NCBI RefSeq assembly: GCF_036971445.1
Contig: NC_091469.1
Location: forward strand, 348,874,001 to 348,938,000
Origin: Narcine bancroftii
Lineage: Eukaryota
Direction: 5' to 3'
Length of the DNA: 64,000 bases
Made by a program: the position numbers and the translations under genes
The notes under the pieces: model-generated
The model's database searches: none
What the model was told of the DNA's origin: nothing
What the model saw: the letters and a program-made list of their open reading frames with translations, nothing else
Part shown: in pieces, positions 10,069 through 23,439 of the stretch
Layout of the letters: each line of letters begins with the position of its first letter
Position numbering within the stretch: the stretch's first letter is position 1

Positions 10069-12687
10069 TTTAAAAAAAACTAGTTCGTTGTGAATTTCTA
10101 CTCACTGTTGCATGTACATTGTGGAACTCCGATTGATAGTTCCATCTCCAGACTGTTGAGTTGAAGTGAATTAATACTGCCTTCCCTGATCACTTGATCC
10201 AGCTTCCTGATGATCTGAGCTTTTGAAATTCAACTGCTTGAGTCACCTGACTCCAATTGCCTGGTGCAGCCTTCAGATAACATCCTTGTTGATGTCTGCT
10301 ACAATAGTCCAGTCCAAGATTGCAAGAGCACTATGTGTTAGTGCAAGTGATTGATAACGAGAAAAAGGTAGCATTACAGATGGATAATATCAAGAGTCCC
10401 TTCAGGTGTTGATATATGGTGCATAACTGGCTGGCCAGTGTACTTTTCTCCCAGATCTTCTTGCTTTTAGAGGTGAAGATGGTGCAGATGCAGATGTGTT
10501 ATCCTCAGCAGAGGTAGTAATAGTAGTGTTTCTGATTACTGGAACAACTTGTTCATTCCTGGTCATCAATGTAGCTTAAAAATCATCCTTTAAGTGAGCA
10601 GCTTGAAGACGGTCAATGCTAGCAGACTTCATCTTGGCTTGTATATCAAGAATGAAATACTTGGGACACTTGTGTTTCACCTTATATTGTCCAGTGGTCT
10701 GAAGGGTTGGTGTACTGCATCACATCTAATGCATCCATATGAACACAGACTAAGCTCCAATGGTATATGTGATACAACATTTTGTGTGAGCATTTTGGCA
10801 GGAGTGATATTTGTCATCTACTATCGTGGTCAATAAACATAATTGGTTGTGTCTAGTATTGATGTAGGTCGATCAGGTGCAACCATCTGTCCTGGTACTG
10901 TTAGTGTAGTCCCATACACCAGTTGAGCCGGTGTTCAGCCTAAGTCTTCTTTTACTGTCTTGCGGATGCCAATAGTATGATTGGAAAGCATTCATACAAC
11001 TGGTTTGGGTTCTACTGGGCTTTCATGCTGCCTTGAGCTGACGAGGAAAGTGTTTTGACAATGCCTTTAACTGCAGCTGTTTTGCGGGTGCATATACTAC
11101 TATGTAGATTGATCAGTTCATGAAAGAGCTGGGAATTAAACTGTCATCTCCTGTCAGTCATGATTGTATAAGGTGTGCTGTAACATATTACCAGTAATGG
11201 ACCAAAACTGGCTACTGTCTCAGCTGTCATATTATGAATAGGTATAGCAAAAGCCCTCCTGCTAAAACAGTCTATACAGGTGAGAGGAATACCACTTGAC
11301 AGAAGGAGAGGACCTACCAGATCGATATGTATATGTACCACAGATATCAGATGTCAATGGAGGGAGAATACTAACTTCCACTCTGGTGTCTACTAGAAAA
11401 CAAATATCTTGGTGTTTGTCTGTACTGTGAAATAGCGAACGACTGTGTAGCTTCGCACCAGGAAGACTCGTCACCCCTAGTTCCTGGCTTGGGTGTTTCT
11501 CTGCTGTTTAGGTCAAGAGTGGGGAAGCACATAGCGTTGAGCCTTGTCTTCGAATTTCCAATGATACCAGCATTTGGTGCTGGCTTGGATGTTGAATGGC
11601 TGCGGCTGTGGCTCCGCCCCCCCCACCCCCCCCCCCAATATGAACAATGTTGCCCTTTTGAACTGTCACTGCAGCCTCAATCCATGGTGATGTGGCACGT
11701 AGGTGTCTGGACTTCACTGCAAGTTGATCAACTGTACACTGCAGTTCCACAATTTCCAATTGCTGTATGGAAGGAGGGTTAGAAGTGCTGACTGTTTGAA
11801 CCAACCTGCCTGCCATAGTCATCTCTAAGATCTTGTCAGTGATCTTAACGATGTCTATAGCCTCCGATGTTGTCTCCCGGATAAGATGAACATTATCAGG
11901 TGTTGTAAAAATAACTGTGTTAGGATAATGTCCTTCAGCTTGCTGTCTCCTAACACCTGATGCATTAGCTGAAGAAGCAGCAATGCCCCAGCTCTTCAGG
12001 GATAAGAAGGTGGTGTAAACTTGCTGTTCTGAAGCTCTAGGGTGTCTGATTAACTTGGCTTTAAGCTTGATATAATGGTCTTTGACTGGTAGAGAAATTA
12101 AGAAGTCACATACTTCTTGTGCTATCTCTGGTTGTAAAGAGGCAATAACCTACGCAAAGCATGTCTCCTGTGATGTTATGTTCCAGGTAGAAAATTGTGT
12201 CTCCACCTATAGAAACCATAACACTGGATCAGTGGGCCAAAGCAGTGGTAGCTTCAAACTGACTGTTGCAATGAGCAGTACAGCTGAGGTGGTTGTTGAC
12301 TGACTCATCTCCTCTGTCTCTACGTTATCTATGGATGATAATAAACATCTTCTGTGCAGACAGTAGAAAGAAGTAGAACAGTAAATGTACATGAAATGGC
12401 AGGTCATGTTGGGGTAACCAATGTAGAAAAAAAAACTAGTTGTGAATTTCCTACTCACTGCTGCATGTACAGTGTAGAACTCCAGTCAATAATACCATTT
12501 CCAGACTGCTGAGTTTAAATGAATTAATATTGTCCTGTGTCACAAGTTTATGATAAACACAAGTCCCCTGGATCTCTAGTGCCCAATCAAGCCTCCTGTT
12601 GATCTGAGCTTTTCAAATCCAGCTGCCCGAGTCACCTGACTCCAATTGCCAGGTGCAGCCTTCAGATAAAATCTCAAGTCTGCAACA
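10069..12687 (-). mobile_element. Internally deleted Gypsy/Ty3 LTR retrotransposon (gag, protease, integrase remnants)
   Basis: Two homologous LTRs (10069-10303, 12422-12687) and a 4-bp TSD ACCC (10065-10068 / 12688-12691). Gag motif VSLKLPLLWPTDPVLWF, protease FLVDTRVEVSILP, integrase HIHIDLVGPL...LTCIDCFSR. Confidence 0.9.
12403..12420 (-). promoter_or_regulatory. Primer-binding site, tRNA-Trp-like
   Basis: Minus strand TGGTTACCCCAACATGAC lies 1 nt after the 5' LTR; 14/18 match to the tRNA-Trp PBS TGGTGACCCCGACGTGAT. Confidence 0.65.
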
Positions 12688-12691
12688 ACCC

Positions 12692-13330
12692 TATCTATCT
12701 GTGAAGGCACTTCCAATGAATTATTTATCTGTATTCCCAGATCCCTCTGTTCTGCCACATTCTGCAGTTCCCTAGCCTTTACCATGTAAGTATTACCCCA
12801 GTTTATCCTCCAAACGTGCAACTTTCTGCATTAAATTCCATCTATCATTTTGTAGTTCATTTTTTTCCAGCTCCACCAGATCCCATTGAAAGCTTTGGGA
12901 TCCTTATGATGCTGCCCACTATGACCCCCCCCCCCCACCTTCCCCCACCAGTCTTAGTGTCATCTGCAGATTTGCTGATCCAAATTGCTATGTTATCATC
13001 CAGTTTGTTGACATAGATGTCAAGCAACAATGGACCCCAGAAACAATTCCTGAGACATACCACTAATCATAGGCCTCCAGAGAGATAATCCTCTACTACC
13101 ACTCTTTGATTTCTTTCACAAAGTCAAAGTCTAATCCAATTTATTACCTCATCCTTCACGCCAAGTGACTGAAATTTCTCAAACAAACCTTCCATGCAGG
13201 ACTTTGTTAAAGTCTTTACTCAAGTCAATGTGGGCAATATCAATTGCCTTTCCTTCATCATCTTTCCTGCTCACCTCCTTGGAAAAACTCTATGATTTGT
13301 TAATCATGACCTATAATGCACAAAGCAAAG
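12692..13330 (-). mobile_element. CR1 LINE RT region (continuation of 9440-10068)
   Basis: Minus-strand GPLLLDIYVNKLDDNIAIWISKSADDTKTGG (CR1 RT xADD motif) and EQRDLGIQI. Confidence 0.85.
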
Positions 13331-13519
13331 TTGATGAGTTAATTCAGGAAGCATGTGCTGCAATGGATTTATTGCAGATGCTTATATCACTTGACATTAT
13401 GTTATTTTCTGTTTTAATCAAAGGACATTGGCCCAAAACATTTTAAGTTTAATTTATATGTCACATGGCACCTATACATGAGAAGGTTTTATCTGCAATT
13501 TTTTTTTTTAATAATGTCC

Positions 13520-13812
13520 ACACAGTGCCTTTATCCACTGAGGGTAGGTGAGATACAACCAGATGACATGGTTTAAGAGTGAAAAGGGAAAGCTTTAGGG
13601 GGTGGTGGGGGTGTGGAACAAGCTTCCCGCTGAAGTGCTGAATGCGGACTCAGTTTTAACACTCAAGAGGAATTTGGACAGGTACATGGATGAGAGTGAT
13701 ATTAAGGGCTATGAAATGAGTGCAGGTCAGTAGGAAGGAAAAAAAATGATTTGACACAAACTAGAAAGGTTGAACAGGCTTGTTTCTGTGCTGTAATGTT
13801 TTATGTTCTTAA
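13520..13812 (+). mobile_element. CR1 3' fragment
   Basis: acaaccagatgacatggtttaagagtgaaaagggaaagcttt ... gtttctgtgctgtaatgttttatgttct tail. Confidence 0.7.
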
Positions 13813-14619
13813 GGTATGTCAAGAGTTCAATATACAGTTTATCGGGTTGGAATGAAAGGAAGGACCAATTACCACAAAGAAAGGGCAGAATGGTAGCATT
13901 GTTGTTGGGTTCATTCAGGTGCCTGATATTTATGGATAGGAAATTGCCTTCAAGCCTGTTAGCATATGCTTTCAGATCCTTAAATGTTCTCCTCTGTCAG
14001 AAGAAAGATTAGAAAATATTTCTGGATCATTCAACATGTCTTTCCTAGGCAGTGAGAGGAGAGTGTAGCTTGCATTATGTTCTGAGCTACATTTACTACC
14101 ATCATTAGCTTCTTCCAATTTTGTGCCAATTACATCCAGCAAGTATACTTTCAATAGTTCTTGTGCAGAAGTTATTGAGAGAAAAGAGGACACACCAGCC
14201 TTTCCTTCACATTCCTAAAAACTGCTTTTTGTACCTTGAATTGTCCTTTCACCTCTGCACTATAAAGCTCACAGAGACACTCAAAAAGTTAAACACATCT
14301 TTATAATACTCCTGAGAACAGTCAAAGGAGTTGAATTTTAGATCTGAAATTCCCAACATCTGAGAAACACATTTTTTTCCCCTTTTCTCAAAAGGCTGGA
14401 TGATTTGGAAGACGTGTTACTTGCTTTACTCACAAGTTTCGAAATACTGCAGGGGTACTCTTGACAAGTTATCAGTTCCTCTTTGGAACAAATTACCAAA
14501 TAAATGTTTTGGCAGGGGGTGGGGGAAAGAGGGAGGGATTAGGACTGCTTGTTATTTTTTATGGTGTTGGGAGCATCATCTTGCAACTGAATTCTTGACT
14601 TCCTCATCGGAAGACCACA

Positions 14620-15503
14620 GTCAATAGATTGGAAACCATGTCTGCTACTCACTGATGATCAACACAGGTGCACCTCAAGGATGCATGGCTACCCCACTGC
14701 CCTATTCATTCCACAACCATAACTATGCAGCACGATTCAAAATGCTATCTGCAAATTTTCTGATGACAGCTCAGTTGTCAGCAGATTCATAGATAGCAAT
14801 GAGGAAGGGTACAGGAGGAATGGAGTCACACCAACAACCTTGCGCTCAATGTTGCCAAAACCAAGGAGGAAATCAGGAAAATGCAAATCAGTCCTCATCG
14901 AGGGCTCCACAGTGAATGGTGTCAAATTCCTGGGTGTCAACATCTCTGAGGATCTCTCCTGGATCCTCCATGTCAATGCAATAACGAAGAAGGCTCGGCA
15001 GTGGCTATATGTTGGGAGGAGCTAGAGGAGATTTTTTGCTCAAAAATCTCTACAGGTATACCATGGAGAGTAAACTGCTGGTTGCATCACTGTCTGTTAT
15101 GGAGGTGCCAATGCTCAGGACAAGAAAAAAAAAACTCCAGTGGATTGTTAACTTGGCCAGTGACATCACGAGCATCAGTCTTCACTCCCTAAGAAAGCAG
15201 CCTCTGTCCTCAAAGACCCACACCACCCAGGCTATGCCGTCTTCTCTCTGATATCATCAGGAAAAAGGTACAGGAGCCTGAAGATGATCACTCAACAACA
15301 CCAGGACAGTTACTTCCCCTCTGCCATTAGATTTCTGAATGAACAGTGAACCACAGATTTCACTTTTTCTTTTTTTCTTTTTATTGCACTATTTTATTTA
15401 TTTTGAAATATGATTTTGGGAAATGTTTGCACTTGGAATTCTGCTGCCACAAAACAATAAATTTTGTAAAATGTTCATGAAAATAAATTCTGATTCTGAT
15501 TCT
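14620..15503 (+). mobile_element. Rex1/Babar-type LINE 3' half
   Basis: RT motifs NTGAPQGC, KFSDDSSVV and VKFLGVNISEDLSW; 3' tail aataaattctgattctgattct. Confidence 0.8.
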
Positions 15504-16534
15504 TGTCATTTGGGAACAGAGACCTGAACTCAAAGCATGTTGCAGTTTGCATTGACCAGCTTTAAATTGATTTACTGATTTGTTTAATCCTTGGCAATTT
15601 GATGCAGCTGAATTGAAGTGGAACACTAAATGATATTATTAGAATGATTCTAGAAGTTGATGAGGTACATGAATGGAAACTCATCTTTAGTGAGAGAAAT
15701 CCCACTTAAACTTAAATCCAGATCATTCACAGGATGTCAAGAAGATTTCTCCATGCATCTGCCAATTTGCAATTCTCTCTCACTAAATTCTGATGAGTTT
15801 CTCTATTCTGTGATTCTATCAGAGTTAATTTGCAGTAATTAACTGGACATCGTGGAGGTGTGGGTAAAGCAGAGCTCCCAAGGAATCCCACATCACAGGA
15901 TTATATCTGGGTCACAGGAGATGTGACATAGGAGCTTTACTGACAGCACCGATTGTGCAGCCAAGAGAATCAATAAAAAATTGCAAACCAGACATGAATG
16001 CATTGCAAAATATTGCTCAACAACTCAGAAGGTCATGCAGCATGCAGAGGAAGTAAAAGCCAATCAATGTTTCGGACTTGAGCCATTTGACCAGACATTT
16101 TTTTAATGCCTGTGGGTATTCAGAGATATTGAACCAAGGGGGATTGACAGTTAAGAAGCACAGAAGCAATATTTAATTGTCAAGGAAAAGACGTGGTAAA
16201 TAGCTTTCTCCTCTCTCTGTTTGTTTGCGATGAAGTCACCATTCACAATAGCAGTAGTGTAATGCACTCATAGCAATCAGACATGAAAGTGTTTGTAGCA
16301 GCCAGTCTTGCTTATTCTGAGAATAAGAGAGAAAGCTTGTTTTATGCAGTACCTCTTGACATTTGTGCACACTCTGTAGCCAACAGAACATCAAGACATT
16401 TTCATAATGTATCAGACACAAGGTATCGAGAGCAATCTGCTATAAGAACAGTTTCATAAATAACTCACAATATTTTCTGCTTTGTTGATGTTGGATATAC
16501 TCTGGCTGGGGAGGTCACCATGAAAATTCTTCAG

Positions 16535-16735
16535 TTTTTTCACCAGTCTTGTAGGATTTTTAAATATCCACCTCTTTGGTGGGTTCTTGGTTTAACATCA
16601 TGTCTGAAAGGCAGCACCTTCTTTATCGTAACACTCCATCCCTGGGTGTCAGCACCATCAGGGTTATGTGCTCCAATGCCCAGAATGCTGCAAGTACTTT
16701 TAAGCATCTGACTCAGAACTGGGAAGCACTGGTTG
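16535..16735 (-). mobile_element. Deu-domain tRNA-derived SINE (SacSINE1-like), decayed
   Basis: ggtttaacatcatgtctgaaaggcagcacctt...gtgtcagc...ttatgtgctc...ctgactcaga matches the recalled reverse complement of the shark Deu-SINE head and core. Confidence 0.55.
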
Positions 16736-17074
16736 AACTGCATTGTAAAACCCACTATATTTTCATCAAACATAATCATTATTGCAAAACCAATTCCATG
16801 CCTTCCCAATACGTTTAAAAAAATTAATATTGTTTACTTATATTTTAGTTAGCATTGCAATTATTTATAATGTTGATTGCCAATTCCCTTCATTTTTACA
16901 TTGTTTGCAAAAGTAATGAAAGTTGAAACAGAAAATGAGAACTGGAATAAATTTCATCTGAGTTTCCTCCAACCTTTCATTGCTAACCTTAAGGGAAATA
17001 GACATTCCACCAAATTTTGAAACTTACCAGAATAACCTACCTTTTGCCACAAACTATGCTTTCTGACACAAGAA

Positions 17075-17900
17075 AATGGGAATGATCTCAATTCCATATG
17101 ACATCTTTGCAAACTCAAATCAATCTAAATTTTCCAAGTAATTGCTATATATGTTCTCGCTGTAGCCAATGCTAATCATAAAAATGCAATTTGATACCTA
17201 GTTAATCTCAGTTTCAAACTCAACACTTTAATATTACCTAATAAAAATATTGTTGGATCCCGTGGCAATTTAATCTTAAAACTTTCTCTATAAATTCCTT
17301 AAGTTGTATCCAAAATGGTTTGACAAGTAGAATGTAAAAAAGAACCTACCTCCTTGTGACATCTAAAACATAAATCTGAAGAAATTAAATTATATATCTT
17401 TAATTTTTCAGGAGTTAAATATAACTAATGTACAAAATTATAATAAACTAACCTATATCTCACATTAACAATCTTAGTCATACTATATTAACATATATTT
17501 CTCCAATCTTCCTGATTAATTACTATCCTCAAATCTTTTCCGAATTTAATCTAGACTTATGTAAACCTAACTTAGACATAAGGAGAATTGGCAATCAACA
17601 TCATAAATAACATATAATCTGTGTGATAATTGTTTTTTATCAGAAAGCTTGGAGCCCTTATTAGACTATATGGGTTTAAAATGTTGAACTTTCTGGGTGT
17701 GTTGTGGTGGTGTTACTCTAATCCATGGCATTTAGTTATGTTATTGATGGTTTGAATCTTCTTTCTTTAGGGTTTGGGTTAATAGGGAGGGGGAGGTGTG
17801 GGGAAAACAATATATATATATTATATATATATATCAAACCACATGTATCTTTTATATGATTTATCTTACTCAAATGTATTGTGGTTTAAATTGTTAAATG
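17075..17900 (+). mobile_element. L1/Tx1-type LINE 3' fragment with 5' inversion
   Basis: 17075-~17604 is ORF2 C-terminus on the minus strand (ending ...LQRCHMELRS). ~17605-17900 continues on the plus strand (ITYNLCDN...) into a G-rich 3' UTR. Confidence 0.7.
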
Positions 17901-18664
17901 ATGGGACAACTCATGTCGCTAGGTTGGAAATTACACTTCTGGAATTTAAAAAAAATACACATGATCAGGAATCTGCTGGAATCTCCAAAATTTAGTGCAC
18001 AAATCCAATTTTACTCAGTATTTCTTGGGACCTGTCAACATGATTAATGCTTTCTCTGCATGAACAATGGAAATCTCCTTGGAATTGTTTTGAAAATACA
18101 GCACCATGCATACAGAAGAATAAGATACTTCTTGTCAGGAGTGATCATGTTACATTCCTATCACAATGAATTGTAATCTATCATCTGTTATCTGTGGCAA
18201 ACAGTATACAACATTAGCCTTTTCAGATGCTAGCTTACCTGCATTTTATTTTTATTTTTAATCAAAAGATTAAAGAAGAATAATTATGAATTATATTGAT
18301 AGTTTATTTCTCTTAGAGGGTGGGTCCAGGAGATCTGGGAATTCTGAAGATGGGAGATTCCTTGCCAATGGAATGAGTACAGAAGGAGTGGAAGAATTTA
18401 ACATCATGTTCAGCTCAAAATTTATTAAGGTGAGGATGGAGGGGAATGCAGCTGAAGACCAATCTTTCAGGATCAGGGAATGGAAGATCAGAAGGGATGG
18501 TGAAAGAGTGACAGGGATCAGATGAGGGAGAGGAATAGGATCAGTAGAAAGTGTAATGGCAGAATGATGAGAAGCGGTTTAGGAATCCAATAGATGTCTA
18601 TGAGGACCTGGGAAATCTCAGGATGCAGCGACCTAAGAGAGCCTCTGCTTCCTCAGGAGTTTGC

Positions 18665-18766
18665 GGAGGAGCTAGTGGAGTTGTTCAAATGAACTGGTAT
18701 GGACTTGAAGGGCCGACATGGCCTGTTTCCGTGCTGTAAAAGGTTATATGGTTATATGGTTATATG
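18665..18766 (+). mobile_element. CR1 3' terminus with (GGTTATAT)n tail
   Basis: Closely similar to the 3' end of the CR1 at 38505-38592. Confidence 0.8.
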
Positions 18767-19964
18767 TAGGAATTTGCTACCTTTGCCGTCTGAAAGGAGG
18801 GAAAAAAATGATGGCAAGAATGTGGTGGTGACTGATATGGAGCTGCAGACTGTGCCTGCAGAGAGAGTGAGTTGATGATGCTGCATTTCTGAGGAAAGGC
18901 CTCTGACTTAAAATGTTAACTGTTTCTTTTTCCACTGATGTTACCTGAGCAGCTGAGCAATTCCAGCATTTTTTCTATTTTTGTTTTAAATTTTCAACAT
19001 CTGATGTATCTTTCTTTAAGATTAATATTCTCTTCTAGAGAAATCCAGCTTGAAGAACATTTTTTTCTGCTCATATTTCTGCCCATCACGTTTCTCTTAT
19101 TCACCTCGAATGGTTCCTGCCTCCCCTTTTGCTTTTGATCAGGTTTCCACCAGTGACACACCTCTCTCCTCAGCAGATGGTTCAGATTTGATTCAAGGGA
19201 AACGAGTTGAAATTACACATTTCACATTTTGATCCTTCCAAATTCACAGAAAAATTCAAGATAATCACCCATTTCGAAGTTTTGTTGTGATCATATTCTG
19301 AGTGAAAACCAGGCTCGGCATCATTGGGGGTATTCACAGGCCATGCCAATCCCTTTCAAATGAGTTATTGTGTCCACCCCACCCGCCCACAATACTAGCT
19401 TCACTAGTGGGAAAAGTTGGCTCAGAGGCTCTACAGTGTCTGGTTCTGACTGCCAGAGAATGTATCATCCCGAGTAAGACTGGAATAGGCTTGCCTAGAT
19501 GTCTGAGTGACTGACACTCCTTACCCAAATGTATTCACAAAGGCTGTCAATGGGACCACAGAAAAGACAATTAAATTCTTATCTCAGCAGCACCTATCAG
19601 GTTTGAGCTAGAGTGGATTGAGAAAGTATGGGGGATATGTTTGTACGTATGGGAACAGATCCAACAATCCTTATGGATCCCACGAGAAACCACTCTCTTG
19701 TGAATTTCAGGCACTGACAGTCCCCAGAGACAATGTTAAAAGAATTAACAAATGAACGTAGTTTAATTTGAAACGCACTACCCTGATGAACACTTGTCAG
19801 TGGTGGAAAACCTCACTGAAAGAAGACTGCATTTTAATTTACAATTGTGGAGCATAACAAACCCCCCCCCAGATCAAATGGCAGTTTGTGTCCCCCTACC
19901 CCCCACCCCCCTGTCGCAGTTACTCTAATGTCCTCTGATTAATCTCTACTGATGGTGTCTCTGG

Positions 19965-20505
19965 TGAAAACACAGAAATCTGGAGGAACTCACCAGGTCT
20001 CGCACCATCCATAGGCAAAGATATATAACAGATATTTTGAGTCTGAGCCTTTTTCAAGGTATGAATAAAAAGCAGGCTGGCAGGCACCTGAATCAAATGA
20101 TGGAGAGAAGGAAAGAAAGGTCAGGGGGAGAAACACAGATCAACAGACAAAAGATGATCATTTGACATGGATAGGATAGGAGAGGAAGGGTGAGAATTGA
20201 TCAGGGGAGGGGTAGTTGTAAATGCTGACCTGGAGGAAAGGAAACAGAGGGAAAAGGAGAGAGAGAGCTGGAGGAAAGGAGAAATGGGGATAGATGTATG
20301 TGGGTGAGGGCTAACAGAAACTGGAGGTTATTATTAATGCCATCTAGTTGGAGGTGTCCAGATGGAATATGAGGTGTTGTACCTCCAATTTGCAGGTGGT
20401 CTCAGTCTGGCAGTGCCTGAGACCATGGACGGACATGTTGGCATTGGAATAGGGTAGGGAACTGAAATGGGTTGCCACTGAGATATCCCTGCTTTTGAGG
20501 CAGAC
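19965..20505 (-). mobile_element. Penelope 3' remnant with pLTR
   Basis: Reverse complement of the 4930-5400 type sequence; ORF 20344-20607 contains SVATHFSSLPYS...HLIFHL. Confidence 0.8.
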
Positions 20506-20609
20506 ATTATTCACATTATATTTACATCTACCAATCTGCATCAGTGCATTATTGTTCGAAACAAGCATCACAAGTAGAAATAAGGAGCTAATTATGAAGT
20601 AAGCCATAA

Positions 20610-21175
20610 AAGTCTACAGACACTGTTGTTAAAGTAAAAACACAATGCTGGAGAAACAGGTCAAACACCATACTTTATATAGCAAAGATAAAGATACATA
20701 ACCAATGTTTTGGGCTTGAGCCCTTCATCAAGGTAGGAACAAAATGTAGGCAGATGCCCAAACAAAAATGGTGGGGGGAGGGACAAGAGGAAGAGCACAG
20801 TCCCACAAGCAGGAGGTAATTGGTGGATAAAGGAAGAAGGGAACACCAGCAAAATGGGGGAGGAAGGATGGCTCTATGATTGGAGAGGGAAGGGGGAGGA
20901 GGCCTGGAGGAAATAAGGCAGAGGGATGGAGAAGAGAAAGGAAGGCCAGAGAGTGATCTGCCATAAACCGGAGAAGTTGACATTAATGTCATCTGGCTAG
21001 AGAATGTCAAGATGGAAAATTTGGTGTTGTTCCTCCAATAAGGCCATGGACAGACATGTCATCCTGGAAGTAGGGTGTGGAATTGAAATGGTTGGCCACT
21101 GAAAGATCCGTGTTACTGATGCAGACAGAGTGAAGGTTCTCAGTGAAGTGATATCCCAACCAGCGACCAGTCTGA
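20610..21175 (-). mobile_element. Penelope 3' remnant with pLTR
   Basis: DLSVANHFNSTPY motif, purine tract on the plus strand, hammerhead-like pLTR at 20701-20735. Confidence 0.85.
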
Positions 21176-21949
21176 ATTTGTTTAATTATGTTTGAGTCTG
21201 TCGGTGAAAACTGTATATGAGAGTAAATTTGACTTTGCTTTTTCACAGCTGTGCTGGGTATTGAACAAATATGGACCAAAATTATAGGTTTAATTCCAAG
21301 TGCAATGAATCTTTACATATAAAATTAGATTTGTACCATGAACAGCATAAGCATCTCTGCATTCAACAGATCATCCTTCAAATGTACAATACCTTCAATA
21401 TATTTCAAGTGTTTTCATCTTTATCTTTTTTTATATCAGATTTCCAGCATCAGTATTTTGATTCCCAGCTCACTCATGACCTGGTTCAACACTACTATCT
21501 ATTTTGAAACTCTTATCTGCTTTATTCTTCTTGTAATGCTTCCAAGATATATGCGCTAAAATTTGAGGTGAAGATGAGAAAATGATAAGACAGTTTTCTA
21601 GCAAGACATTTCAATAACATTGATTTAATTGGCTGAAAACATAGATTCCAGTGATGGAGCAATGGGAATGGGGAGTATAGAATACTGGGGTCAGGACTTG
21701 GTTGGATAATTGGAAGAGATTAGAAAGATATCAGTGGCTGAGGTCAATGAAGGACATCCGCATACTGTGTTAATATTGCATTTAATTTTCTGAGGACGTT
21801 GAACCCATTGTAGGTCAGCCAGTTACAGCAAGAACAGGACCTATCAGTGAACAAAAATCAAGATTGTTTATAAACTGCAGAATTTTGAATGAGCAAGTTT
21901 ATGAAAGGCCAAAGGACCAAGCAAATTTTGAAATAAAGAACCACAAAAA

Positions 21950-22625
21950 GTCCAAATGCTTGAATCTTGAGTCGGCAAAGAATTATTGGAAAAACTCAGC
22001 TGGTCAGACAGCATCCATGGGTAGAAATGATAAATCACTTTTTTGAGTCAGAATAATTTATTAAGACTAAGATTAAAAGTTATAATTGCTCATGTACAAA
22101 TGGAAAGAAGCTGGGGAAGAGGACCGGAGGTCATGAGATGTATGGAGACAGGTAGAGGATGAAATGATTAGAAGAGTGAAGAGTTAGAGAGAAAACAATT
22201 TAGTGTAGATAAGGAAGAGATGGAAACAGATGAGGGGTGAGTTTTGCCTAAAATTAGAAAACTCGCTGTCATGCTGTTAGATTCAAGGCTGCCTGGGAGG
22301 AATTTGGTGTGTTGTTCCTCAAATTTACATTTAACCTCATCCTTAGAGAGGATGAGGCTAAAGACAGACAAATCATTGGAGAAATGGTTGAGGGAGTTTA
22401 AATAGTCAGTTACAGGAAAGCCAACCCAAGTTTAGACACACAATCAGAATGTAGGTGTTCAGCGAAGCAGTCACCCAAACTGTGTTTGGTCTGATTGATA
22501 TAGAGGAGGCCACACTAAGTGCACCAAATGCACTTAGGTTGGAAGATGTGCAGGTAAAGCTCTTCCTCACCTGGAAGGTCTGATTTGGTCCTGTATACAA
22601 GTGGGGGAGGAGATGTGGGGGCTTT
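21950..22625 (-). mobile_element. Older Penelope remnant
   Basis: Minus-strand GPNQTFQVRKSFTCTSSNL and KFEEQHTKFLPGSL (Penelope EN C-terminus). Confidence 0.7.
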
Positions 22626-23439
22626 GAAATAACTTGGACATAACTAATGTAGGGTAGCAAATTTTGTGGCACACGGGCTGAGGTATTATTAGGTTGTAGG
22701 CAGAACACATCACAGATGTGAAACAACATTGCCTTTATTTTGGAAAAGAGCTGAGTTTGAAAAGTCCCTTTGGGATCATTTAATGCTCAGATTGTTGCCA
22801 GTCTGTCTGAATGTTTATCAGTTGCTGAAACCTGCATCAGGAAAAAGTGTGTTGAGATTGGAAAAACACCAGCATACCTAGGTGAAAGCTTGATCTTCAT
22901 CTGAGTTGGAATCACATCTAAAAAGATCTCACATTTTTTCCCTTAAGTTTCCTAATTTAATGAACATTTCATTGAAATGCCCCCTGGACTGATAAAAGTG
23001 AAATTCAGACAAGTAAATAGAATATTAAGTGCAGTTAATTCTCATTAGGAGCTATTTTCTAATTTGTAATAGTAATAGAAAAGGCGTCCACATCAGTATG
23101 TTTACCAGCACTCCCTTCATTTTGTATTAGACAACATGAAAATCATGGATTGACGGAAGCCCTGAACAAGGCAGGCATCAGCTGTGGAAGGAGAAACAAC
23201 ATTAACATTCGTCATTTTCATTTTCATTTCAGCTATCAATAGATCCTGCTGGAAGGTCATTGACTTGAAACCTTATCTTTATTCTCTTCCCACATATGCT
23301 TCCTGAGCAGCTAAGTTTTTTTAAAAATTACTTTCTGTTTAAAATCCACTGCAGTTTTTTTTGTTGTACACACATTTCTAATCATGCTGACTATATTGTT
23401 AGATGGTGTCAGTATACATATCCTATCAAATGCATTATT

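Noticed and set aside
19783-19812. CTGATGA...GAAA motif outside a Penelope pLTR
   Set aside because: Stem II register is off (extra bases before GAAA) and there is no convincing stem I/III; likely chance.
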